DNA of 64,000 bases from a virus (Duplodnaviria; Caudoviricetes). The position numbers and the translations under genes were made by a program. Shown here in pieces: positions 29,881 through 38,488 of the stretch (within the stretch, counting starts at the first letter, position 1; each line of letters begins with the position of its first letter). The notes below the pieces were generated by a model. It saw only the letters and a program-made list of their open reading frames with translations, ran no database searches and had not been told where the DNA came from. Location: IMG/VR virus record IMGVR_UViG_3300010149_000008; one strand, given 5' to 3'.

Positions 29881-30803
29881 AAAATAATTTAACTATTAAA
29901 AGCTTACTAAAGCTTCAAGACAATTTTTCTTCTACATTTTATGATAAAAAAACAATGTCAGCAAAACAAAAAGAAGAAATGTTAAAAACAATTACATTAG
30001 CAATGCATCATGAAGTATCAGAAATTGTTTCTTCTTCTAACTTTAAAGTTTTTGATAAAACTGACTATGAAGTAGATAAAGATAAGATTTTATATAATTC
30101 TATAGATGTGTTTAGATATCTAATGGCAATAATGAATCTTTATGAAATATCTAGCGAAGAATTTATTTCTTCATTTGACGAGAGAGATATTCATTTAAAA
30201 GTAAGCAAGAACATTAAAAGCCCAGAAACATCTCAAAAGGTTATTGTTGTTGACATAGATGACGTTGTTTGTGACTTTCGTAACTATTTTAATAATTGGT
30301 TGTATAAGACTTACGGTGTTTACGTAGATCAAAATAATACTTCTTACTATTCTTCAAAAGAAGTAAAAAATAAAGGTTTGAGTCCTGAAGGTGTTTTTGA
30401 AAATTTCATTTCATGTAATGAATTTCTTAACATTCCACCAATAGATAGCATGGTAAAATTTCTAAGGTTGGCAAAAGAAGAAAATATATACATTCAGCTC
30501 CTTACTTCTAGACCAAGCAGCAATTTAAAATGTAAATATCAAACTTATGCTTGGCTAGAAAATAACAATATACCTTTTGACAATTTAGACTTTGCGGCAG
30601 AAAAATATATTTGGGTTGCAAAACGTGACTTTTATTTAAACGGGAATTTAATGTGTGCTATAGATGACAGTCCTAAACATGCAATGGAGTACGCAACTCA
30701 CGACATTAAAGTCTTTGTACCAAAAATGCCATACAATGATCAAATAAGTCATGAAAACATACATCACTACGTTCTTGAAGACTTAGAAAAATTTAAATTT
30801 TAA
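29877..30803 (+). CDS. Fusion of an all-alpha NTP-PPase-like domain and a HAD 5'(3')-deoxyribonucleotidase
   Basis: The N-terminus aligns by eye to 28483..28860. The C-terminus has HAD motifs VDIDDV, LLTSRP, K and IDDSP. Confidence 0.75.
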   Translation: MKNNLTIKSLLKLQDNFSSTFYDKKTMSAKQKEEMLKTITLAMHHEVSEIVSSSNFKVFDKTDYEVDKDKILYNSIDVFRYLMAIMNLYEISSEEFISSFDERDIHLKVSKNIKSPETSQKVIVVDIDDVVCDFRNYFNNWLYKTYGVYVDQNNTSYYSSKEVKNKGLSPEGVFENFISCNEFLNIPPIDSMVKFLRLAKEENIYIQLLTSRPSSNLKCKYQTYAWLENNNIPFDNLDFAAEKYIWVAKRDFYLNGNLMCAIDDSPKHAMEYATHDIKVFVPKMPYNDQISHENIHHYVLEDLEKFKF

Positions 30804-30808
30804 TTACG

Positions 30809-30836
30809 TGTAAATATTGTCAACACGTATTATAAT
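30809..30836 (+). promoter_or_regulatory. Putative phage promoter TGTAAA-N16-TATAAT with an overlapping 7-bp inverted repeat
   Basis: Exact motif. TACGTGT at 30805-30811 and ACACGTA at 30823-30829. Confidence 0.7.
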
Positions 30837-30895
30837 ATTAAAGTAATAAGAAAAAATACTTTATATGATATTAAAAACAAATCACGGAGAAATAT

Positions 30896-31882
30896 ATGCC
30901 TGTTAACAACAATCTTGAACCAGTAGCACTTCCTATGCAGCTTAAGTTTGGACAAGATCCAGTTACAAATTACATTAACAATCTAGAATCACTAAAAGTA
31001 GAAGTAATTGATGCGCCTACAAGAGAACAAGCACAAAATATTGCTTGGCACATGACAAAAGCAACATGGGCAGATTCACCTTCTGAAACTGATTTTAAGA
31101 ACTCAACACCCGAAGAGGCTTCTACAAATCTTCAAGATGTACTTAATTTTCGTGCACTTCCTACTCCAATGGAGTGTTTAGGATTTACATTTAAGATTAG
31201 TGGTATTGATGTACAAACTGTTACACATCTTATTCGTCATAGAGCAGGATCTTTTGCAGCACAATGTACAGGTGACAGAGACTTGAGACACGATAATGCA
31301 CTAGTTCCTGAGTCAATTGAAAACTGCAGAAAAGATGATGATGACTTTTATTTTAGGTATTTAGATATTGTCAAGGAAGCAAAACTACTATACTCTGAAA
31401 TGGTTGATAGCAAAAAAGTTTCAATGATGGACGCAAGAGTAATACTTCCTAAGTGCATGGAGACTTTTTATATTGCAAGATTTAATCTTAAAGACTTGAT
31501 CGGTTTTATTAAACAACGTCAAGACGTTCAAATCCAACCTGAGGTTGATAATATTTTAGCAACGCGCATCGCACGTGCTGTTTGTGAAGCAATTCCAGAA
31601 GTATCAACTTGTCTAGACTTTAACAAGCCTGATATGCACTACGTAAGAACTTTTAGAGTTAAATTGCCAGATGGAACTTACACTTCTCGTGGAACAAATC
31701 TATATCAGCCAGAACCTAAAAATGATTTATTTGATTATAATGAAAATGATTCAATATACCAGTGCAAAAGAGAAGACTTAAATGGTAATAAGTCAGGTGA
31801 AGAAAAAGTATTTACACGAATGTGGAATGACGATGTAAAAGCTGTAAGTTTAATTAAACAAAAACTTAATAGCGAATTTTAG
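30896..31882 (+). CDS. Divergent ThyX-like flavoprotein
   Basis: FTFKISGID...HLIRHRAGSFAAQCTGDR, DARVILP and FIKQR..Q.Q.E retain the ThyX scaffold, but the signature is altered. C-terminal extension of about 90 aa. Confidence 0.8.
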   Translation: MPVNNNLEPVALPMQLKFGQDPVTNYINNLESLKVEVIDAPTREQAQNIAWHMTKATWADSPSETDFKNSTPEEASTNLQDVLNFRALPTPMECLGFTFKISGIDVQTVTHLIRHRAGSFAAQCTGDRDLRHDNALVPESIENCRKDDDDFYFRYLDIVKEAKLLYSEMVDSKKVSMMDARVILPKCMETFYIARFNLKDLIGFIKQRQDVQIQPEVDNILATRIARAVCEAIPEVSTCLDFNKPDMHYVRTFRVKLPDGTYTSRGTNLYQPEPKNDLFDYNENDSIYQCKREDLNGNKSGEEKVFTRMWNDDVKAVSLIKQKLNSEF

Positions 31883-31910
31883 TGTAAAACTGTTATAGAC
31901 AGTACATATT
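31883..31910 (+). promoter_or_regulatory. Putative weaker promoter TGTAAA-N16-CATATT
   Basis: Same spacing as the motif family, with an ACTGT/ACAGT inverted repeat in the spacer. Confidence 0.45.
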
Positions 31911-31961
31911 AATGAAAAATAATTAAAAACTTGGTAATTTATTTATAAAAGGAACAATTCA

Positions 31962-32411
31962 ATGAAAAAGATTTATCTTGCTAGCGGTTGGTTTAATACT
32001 AAACAAGCTGATGAGCTTACTGAGCTCGAGCGTATTTTTGATGAAAGAAAAGAACATTTTAATCTAGCATCGCCTAGAAGGATCTTTGTTTGTCCACCAG
32101 ACGCGCCAAAAGAAGTTCAAAACGAAACTTTTGAAGGTAATTTACATCACATAAAAACAGCAGACTTTTTGCTTGTTAACACAAGAGACAAAGACATTGG
32201 AACAATTTGGGAAGCTGGATATGCATATGCATATGACAAGCCAATTATTTATTTTTGCGCAGGATTACCAGAAGGAGCAAAATTTAATTTAATGCTAGCT
32301 AGAAGTGGTATTAAAGTTTGCACGTCTTTTGATGAATTAGAAGACTATCTGGATAGAACAATTAAAATACGTTCATTTATAAATGAGCCATACTCAGCTT
32401 CAATCGAGTAA
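31962..32411 (+). CDS. Nucleoside 2-deoxyribosyltransferase-family nucleotide N-glycosidase (DNPH1/MilB-like)
   Basis: IYLASGWF, SP, ADFLL, DIGTIWEAGYAYAYDKPII (catalytic Glu). Confidence 0.85.
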   Translation: MKKIYLASGWFNTKQADELTELERIFDERKEHFNLASPRRIFVCPPDAPKEVQNETFEGNLHHIKTADFLLVNTRDKDIGTIWEAGYAYAYDKPIIYFCAGLPEGAKFNLMLARSGIKVCTSFDELEDYLDRTIKIRSFINEPYSASIE

Positions 32412-32413
32412 GC

Positions 32414-32707
32414 ATGAACAATAAAAACTTTAAGCAAGATAAGTTTTGGTCTCTAAAAGACACAACAAACTATTTTTCTGCAAACATTAACAAGTTATTA
32501 TTTAAACCTGATGTTGTAAGGTTGTTTTATTTTAAAAACTCTTATTTACTTAAAGTCAGACTTCGTAGACTTAACAATCAAGAAGTCTTTGTTTCTCCTA
32601 CAAGCTTTATGTCACAATTTTTTCCGCATGGCTTTTACCAGTGTGTCTATCAAAACAAAAAATACACGTTTACAGATGATGACATTATAGAAGTAATAGA
32701 TGTTTAA
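32414..32707 (+). CDS. Hypothetical protein
   Basis: 97-aa ORF in a run of small coupled ORFs. Confidence 0.5.
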   Translation: MNNKNFKQDKFWSLKDTTNYFSANINKLLFKPDVVRLFYFKNSYLLKVRLRRLNNQEVFVSPTSFMSQFFPHGFYQCVYQNKKYTFTDDDIIEVIDV

Positions 32708-32930
32708 TATGAGTACTAGATATATTATATGTTCAGACAAAAATATCACAATCTATGGTGATGTATTCGAAGAAAAAAATGTTTATTTTAAACATAACAA
32801 TTTAGAAAATTTTTCTATTCTTTCGGAAAATAAAAATTCTTTCTTAGAAGTCATCGTTGACAGTAAGCAGCTTAAAAATATTTGTGAGTTATACATTGAA
32901 TACTTAGAAAAAAATAATAAGCTTGCCTGA
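32700..32930 (+). CDS. Hypothetical protein
   Basis: 76-aa ORF overlapping its neighbours. Confidence 0.45.
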   Translation: MFNMSTRYIICSDKNITIYGDVFEEKNVYFKHNNLENFSILSENKNSFLEVIVDSKQLKNICELYIEYLEKNNKLA

Positions 32931-33130
32931 TGTCTGACAATGAAGCTGAGTTAAAAATAGGGGACTTAATTGAATTTAACTATTTATTTTCTAATGAAAA
33001 AAACAAAATCGGTATTGTGCTTGAAATTAAAAAAGATTTAAATTTTTGCTATATGATAACAATTTTAAGTAACAATCTTTTAGAAAAAATACCTTGGGGT
33101 ATTTTAGAAAGTAAAGTTCATAAATTATGA
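32930..33130 (+). CDS. Small KOW/SH3-like hypothetical protein
   Basis: LKIGDLIEF...KIGIVLEIK pattern. Confidence 0.5.
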   Translation: MSDNEAELKIGDLIEFNYLFSNEKNKIGIVLEIKKDLNFCYMITILSNNLLEKIPWGILESKVHKL

Positions 33131-33411
33131 AAAAAATAAAAAAATACAGTGTTTATAAAAGTGGTTTAAGAATTGGCGACTTAGTAACTTATGATGCTTT
33201 TTTATTTACTAATAAAAGAACACACGGCTACAAAAAAACTTCTTTAGTTTTAAATAGAAAACTTTTGTTTAAACAAGATACAAGTTATGGTATTAAATCA
33301 TTTTACGAATACGAAATGATGGATTTTACTAAAAATAATAAACATAATTTAAATACAATTAAAACACAAAACATGTCAATAAAAAGTGTTAATACAGCAA
33401 ATAAAAGGTAA
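33127..33411 (+). CDS. Small KOW/SH3-like hypothetical protein
   Basis: LRIGDLVTY...SLVLNRK pattern. Confidence 0.5.
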   Translation: MKKIKKYSVYKSGLRIGDLVTYDAFLFTNKRTHGYKKTSLVLNRKLLFKQDTSYGIKSFYEYEMMDFTKNNKHNLNTIKTQNMSIKSVNTANKR

Positions 33412-33413
33412 AA

Positions 33414-34403
33414 ATGAGAATAGCAATTACTGGAGAAAAAGGATTTATTGCAAGAAATCTTGCAGTTGAAATTAGTAAAAACAATCATGAATTTATTTCT
33501 TTAGACAACTCGTCTTATGCAAATGAGTTTATGAACTATACAAAGTCTGAAGAAGTTTGTGTACATAGTAATACTGTTGATAAGTGGGTTGAATTATTTG
33601 ATGAGTTAGAGTTAGATGTTATAGTTCACAACGCTGCTGTAGTTGGAACTGATGTTGTAGCTCTTAATCCTAAAGATGCTGTACTGACAAATGTGTTAGG
33701 CACTAAAATAATTACAGAGGCAGCAAACATTTCAGGTCAAACAATAGTATATACTGGCACAACAGTAATTTATGATACTTTTGAGTATCAAGACAAAGAG
33801 TTGTCTGAAGAAAGTAAAGTTTTTCCTAGGACTGATTATGCAATACAAAAGTATGCTGGAGAAATGATTGTACGAAACAATGCAAAAGAGTGGCTAGTTA
33901 CTAGGCCTTTGTTTGCTTACGGTGGTGAAGGTGATATGAACTCACTTATAGCAAAATCTTTGTTTGCTATTAAAAACAACATAAAAAACGTTGACATGTT
34001 TCTTAATCCTGAAAAGATTAAAGATTATATGCACGTAGAAGACTTTTGTTATAGCGTAATACAGCTTATTAATTCAAAAATTAGAAATATGGATTTTAAT
34101 ATTACAGCAGCAAACCCACACTCAACGCTAGAGATTGTTAATATGATTGAAGAAGTAACAGGAAAAAGCTTAACTGATTATATTAAGTGGCATCCGGAAA
34201 CTGACTATCTTGGAAATCATAGGTTAAGTAACAACAAGTTTCAAGAATTTATGGGATTTACAAAGACTAGACTTTTAAAAAGTGGTATTAGTCAATCATG
34301 GGAATCAATTCAAAATTCAGAAAGTAATTATAATCCTCTTAAACATCTAAAGCAAGCAAAAGAAGAAAGTGTTGACTTAAAAGAATTTTTTCCTATGTTT
34401 TAA
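33414..34403 (+). CDS. NAD-dependent nucleotide-sugar epimerase/dehydratase (extended SDR)
   Basis: ITGEKGFIA Rossmann loop, HNAA, T in YTGTT, YAIQK (YxxxK), RP..AYG, KDYMHVEDF. Confidence 0.88.
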   Translation: MRIAITGEKGFIARNLAVEISKNNHEFISLDNSSYANEFMNYTKSEEVCVHSNTVDKWVELFDELELDVIVHNAAVVGTDVVALNPKDAVLTNVLGTKIITEAANISGQTIVYTGTTVIYDTFEYQDKELSEESKVFPRTDYAIQKYAGEMIVRNNAKEWLVTRPLFAYGGEGDMNSLIAKSLFAIKNNIKNVDMFLNPEKIKDYMHVEDFCYSVIQLINSKIRNMDFNITAANPHSTLEIVNMIEEVTGKSLTDYIKWHPETDYLGNHRLSNNKFQEFMGFTKTRLLKSGISQSWESIQNSESNYNPLKHLKQAKEESVDLKEFFPMF

Positions 34404-34458
34404 ATTATTTGAACAAATAACCATAAGTAGCATCATAATTAAAAACAGGAGATTACTT

Positions 34459-35238
34459 ATGGCTAGAAAAACAAATAAAATAGAATTGACATGCAAAAAT
34501 TGTGGTAATAATTACCATTTGCCACCTTCTAAAGCAGGAAGGTCAAAGTTTTGCAGCAGATCTTGCAAAGATGAGAGCTCAACTATACATAACACAAAAG
34601 CTAATTGTTTATGTTGTAAAAAAGAATTTGTTGTAAAAAAAGGAAAGAAATATTGTTCTAGAGACTGTTACATTAAAGTTAACAAAAAGCCTAGAATTGA
34701 TTTAAGCTGTGACTTTTGTGGTAAAAATTATCAAAAGCCAATTGGTGAAGCAACAAAATATTGTTCAAAAACATGTCAATACACAGCACAAAGCAGTGGA
34801 TTTCATGAAATACCTTCTAACGGAAGGATGGGATTTAGATATGACTTACCTAACAACTATTTTTTTAAATCATCACTAGAGGCTGATTATGCTAGGTGGT
34901 GTGAAGCAACAAAAAAACCTTATGTATATGAACATAAAACGTTTACTGTTAAGTATGAAGGAAGAGATAAACAATATACACCAGACTTCTACCATCCAGA
35001 CGAAGATAGATATGTAGAACTAAAAGCAATTAGAAGAGATAGAAAATTTAACTCAAATCTTCTTGCAGCTGATTTATTAAAAGAAAATGGTCTAAACATA
35101 GATGTTCTTTTAATGCACGAATTTTATACTCAGATAAAACAAAGTGGTCACTACTGGTTAGTTGATAACATAGAAAACAAAAACTACTTAGGAACAAAAC
35201 ACTTGATATATTTAAAAAAGAAACAACAGAATGTATGA
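34459..35238 (+). CDS. Zinc-finger-repeat PD-(D/E)xK endonuclease (homing-endonuclease-like)
   Basis: Three CxxC...CSxxC repeats, then SSLEADYARW...YVYE...YTPDF...YVELKA (T7 endonuclease I-like core). RBS AGGAG. Confidence 0.75.
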   Translation: MARKTNKIELTCKNCGNNYHLPPSKAGRSKFCSRSCKDESSTIHNTKANCLCCKKEFVVKKGKKYCSRDCYIKVNKKPRIDLSCDFCGKNYQKPIGEATKYCSKTCQYTAQSSGFHEIPSNGRMGFRYDLPNNYFFKSSLEADYARWCEATKKPYVYEHKTFTVKYEGRDKQYTPDFYHPDEDRYVELKAIRRDRKFNSNLLAADLLKENGLNIDVLLMHEFYTQIKQSGHYWLVDNIENKNYLGTKHLIYLKKKQQNV

Positions 35239-35449
35239 GAAAGCAAAGTTAGTATTAAATAAAAATTGCATTGGAGAACTTTACAATTTAAGGTTTAGTT
35301 ACAGTAATTATAAGTTTAAGCTTGAAGCAACTGCTTGTTTGCTTTTAAAAATAAAAAATAGCAAAGTTACTTTTTTAACTGAAGGTAAAATATCCATGTT
35401 TGATTTATATGACAAGGACATTGTGTTATATGCAAAAAAAACTTCGTAA
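35231..35449 (+). CDS. Small hypothetical protein, KOW/SH3-like
   Basis: IGELYNL...ACLLLKIK, similar in layout to 32930 and 36619. Confidence 0.45.
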   Translation: MYEKAKLVLNKNCIGELYNLRFSYSNYKFKLEATACLLLKIKNSKVTFLTEGKISMFDLYDKDIVLYAKKTS

Positions 35450-36629
35450 TGAAAAAGGCTTTGCTTCTGCTGTCACATTGTTATTAGCAGCTGTACTAGC
35501 AGTCTTATCATATAAGATTATAATGATAGCAAGAATTGCTATTAATGTAGCAAAAGAAAAGCAATCGCTTGATGCATGTGCAATGTATGCAGGATTAAAT
35601 ATTTTAAAGACTAATGACACTGAAAATATATGTCATGCAAGATTTTTTGATGAATGTGTTAGTCACCTTGAAATAGTTAACATTAACGGTCAAATGCAAT
35701 GTATAGATGAAGGATTAGTTTGCAATAATTTAAACGAATGTAAAAGAGTAATAAAAGTTTCTTCTACATATAATCCAGGAATACGAAACGTTACAAAGTC
35801 TGTCGATGTTCATATAAATGAAGAAGAGCATAACGTTGACTTAATTGATGCTGCAGTAATACTTTTGCTAGACTACAGCGGCTCAATGAGCGGTAATAGA
35901 ATACAACAGTTAAAAAACACAGTTAATCAATTTATAAGTTCGAACTTTAATCTAAGTTACTCTGTTATTCTTTATAATAGCGATATTATATCATCAACAG
36001 AAATTGGTAAAAGTATTCAACACGATAATACAGCAGCGTCAATTGTCAACAATAATAATCCAAATGGAGGTACTAATTTCATAAAGCCTTTAAATAAAGC
36101 TTTGCAACAAATATCAAGCACTAATTATGAAGCGTATTATATACTCTTAATATCAGATGGCTCTCCAAACGAAGGTATAAATTCATCTCAGTCTCTTGTC
36201 CAAAACAATATAATGAATATTAGTGATGAAAATTGTATTTATACAACTAATTCTAACCCTTGCACTACGATTTACACCCTTGGTGTAGACAATGCGAATA
36301 CTGAAGCACTTCGCTCTATAAGTGGGAACACACTTAGCTCAGCTTCTAACGATTTTTCTTTTGTTGTTAACGCAAATCAAGTAACTGCAGCATTTAATGC
36401 TATTATAAAAGAAATAATGTGCAGGATTGGACCGGTTATTGGAGGAGAAGGACTAAATGTTTTTAACAATCTAGAAATATTAGAAAAAGATATTGACTAT
36501 TTATATGATAGTGTATACAAGATTATAAAGTTTTATGACGTAGAACCTTTTAATATCTGTACTGAAATGTTAGGTAACAATGCAAATATAACTTTAAGAT
36601 GGGGAAAGCCAAAGTTATATGTTGAATAG
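35430..36629 (+). CDS. TadG-like pilin-domain / von Willebrand A protein
   Basis: Start moved to ATG 35430 (RBS AAGGA). KG|FASAVTLLLAAVLAVL prepilin-like segment, KQSLDACAMYAG Tad motif, VWA MIDAS LLDYSGSM...GGTN...ISDG.PN, YTLGV. Confidence 0.72.
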   Translation: MQKKLRNEKGFASAVTLLLAAVLAVLSYKIIMIARIAINVAKEKQSLDACAMYAGLNILKTNDTENICHARFFDECVSHLEIVNINGQMQCIDEGLVCNNLNECKRVIKVSSTYNPGIRNVTKSVDVHINEEEHNVDLIDAAVILLLDYSGSMSGNRIQQLKNTVNQFISSNFNLSYSVILYNSDIISSTEIGKSIQHDNTAASIVNNNNPNGGTNFIKPLNKALQQISSTNYEAYYILLISDGSPNEGINSSQSLVQNNIMNISDENCIYTTNSNPCTTIYTLGVDNANTEALRSISGNTLSSASNDFSFVVNANQVTAAFNAIIKEIMCRIGPVIGGEGLNVFNNLEILEKDIDYLYDSVYKIIKFYDVEPFNICTEMLGNNANITLRWGKPKLYVE

Positions 36630-36849
36630 TCATAAAGAAGAAATAAGATTTGTTTCTCAACTAAACAAAGGTGACATGATCGATATTTTTTATTACGGAA
36701 AAAAAATAAAAAACAATTGTTTAGTTGTAGAAATTATACAAGATCACTATTTTACAAAAGGTTTAATCGTCTATTTAAATGGAACATCTAAAGAAACAAT
36801 AGACTTGGAAAACAATGAAGGTCTTTGGGTTAAGAAAGCATCAATTTAA
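36619..36849 (+). CDS. Small KOW/SH3-like hypothetical protein
   Basis: LNKGDMIDIF...CLVVEII pattern. Confidence 0.45.
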   Translation: MLNSHKEEIRFVSQLNKGDMIDIFYYGKKIKNNCLVVEIIQDHYFTKGLIVYLNGTSKETIDLENNEGLWVKKASI

Positions 36850-38488
36850 TATACTCTACTAAGCCTGATTTGTTTTCAAAAAGATAAACATGATCTCTAA
36901 AATAAGACTTACCGCGGTGATCCTGTTTTGAATATATTGTCTTAAGAATTTCTTTTATTTGACTATACTCTTTTTGATCTTTATATTTTGAGAAGTCAAA
37001 TTGTTGTAATATACACTGAAGTATTGAACTGTGAGAATTCGCAGAAATAACGTTAATTTCCCCTTGCAGATACAAAGTTTTCATTTTAGAAAGAACTGTA
37101 AGTATTTTTACTACATCGTTTAAATTTAATGACTCGTGTTTGTATATTTCAATGGCCTCGCTCCCCCAGATCATATCTTCTAATCCTTTAGACACGTTGT
37201 TGGAAAGTATTAGTTCGTCAATATACTGACTATCTTCTGTAGGGTTTTCTATAAAGTAATCTATCATTTCATCTTTAAAATTAGGCCCTATTAGATTAAA
37301 GTTTTTGTGTTCAACACAAAAAGCAATTAATATACAGAAAAAATCGTTTATATACTCTTTATTTTTATACATTTTACTTAATTCATCAATCGCGACATTA
37401 AAATCAGATTTATTAAGTATGTCATTTCTTTCAAGAAAACTAAAAGGAAGCGGAGCATCATCATATATTAAATCATTGTAAACTAGTTCTTCTTTATAAC
37501 TTCTCATTATATGCTCAACTACTTTTTTGTCATTTGTGTATTTTAAATAGCTTGACATTTCTTGATTTATTGTGTCGTCTCCAAGTCCTTGTGCATTCAT
37601 TTGTTTTTCTATTCTTAAGATTTGGCTTAAGGTAGCTTTTGAATACATCTCAGCAAATGACGTTTCTTTTCTGGTACTTACTCTATTTACAATCAAGTCT
37701 AATATGTCTTTGTTAACTATATCGTTTATTGTTGTTGAGTCTATAGATTGATTTTTAGCATCAACTGTCGATCCACCTTTTTCTTCTAATATGGCTTCAC
37801 CTTCATACACAGTATATGACAAACAAAGTCTTCTATTCACAGACTTGTCATTATCATAGTCTGTTCTTATAACATAAAACATGTGCAAATTACCTGCGTA
37901 ATTTGGAAACATGTTATTCCCTGTAGAGACTCCAGTGCACCAACCACTTCTTCTTTTCGGGTCAGTCTCTTCCGAACCGTCAGGTTTTCCATGTGTCCAT
38001 GCTATTGAACCCTGTATTGTTTTAGGTTCAATCACAATCCAGTCACGACCACTATACACAACGTCAAAGTCTTGATAACTCCCAATTATAGGCTTACCAC
38101 TCTGATATCTGCATTGTTGCCTAACTTCATTTTTATTAAAACTGGACTTAGCATCTATTTGTTTTCTAAGTTCATCAATAGAAATATTGCCACTACCTAT
38201 TTGATCTTTAATCTTTGGCCCTACTGATTGATAGATTTTTTTATAATGAAGCTTGCAAACATCTAATATTTCTTTAACGGGCTCTTGAGTTGTATTTATT
38301 TCATTTTGAATGACTTGTGTATATTTTGTGATAAATCTATTACTATTCCAAAATTCTATAAAATACTTAATTTCCCTTTCAGATCTTTCTTTTTTCTGTA
38401 ATGTTTGAATTAATTCATCTCGAGAAATTATCTTGTGCTCGTTAAGAAGAAAAGTCTTCCATTCATTTAATAACTGTGTAGTTTTCAC
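36830..38488 (-). CDS. Hypothetical protein with a capsid-targeting-like leader and a WCT-motif domain
   Basis: GTG start, MKTTQLLNEWKTFLLNE leader, GWCTG....NMF.NY....MFYVI motif seen in large-phage proteins (PcfJ-like by recollection). Confidence 0.7.
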   Translation of the reverse strand: MKTTQLLNEWKTFLLNEHKIISRDELIQTLQKKERSEREIKYFIEFWNSNRFITKYTQVIQNEINTTQEPVKEILDVCKLHYKKIYQSVGPKIKDQIGSGNISIDELRKQIDAKSSFNKNEVRQQCRYQSGKPIIGSYQDFDVVYSGRDWIVIEPKTIQGSIAWTHGKPDGSEETDPKRRSGWCTGVSTGNNMFPNYAGNLHMFYVIRTDYDNDKSVNRRLCLSYTVYEGEAILEEKGGSTVDAKNQSIDSTTINDIVNKDILDLIVNRVSTRKETSFAEMYSKATLSQILRIEKQMNAQGLGDDTINQEMSSYLKYTNDKKVVEHIMRSYKEELVYNDLIYDDAPLPFSFLERNDILNKSDFNVAIDELSKMYKNKEYINDFFCILIAFCVEHKNFNLIGPNFKDEMIDYFIENPTEDSQYIDELILSNNVSKGLEDMIWGSEAIEIYKHESLNLNDVVKILTVLSKMKTLYLQGEINVISANSHSSILQCILQQFDFSKYKDQKEYSQIKEILKTIYSKQDHRGKSYFRDHVYLFENKSGLVEYIKLMLS

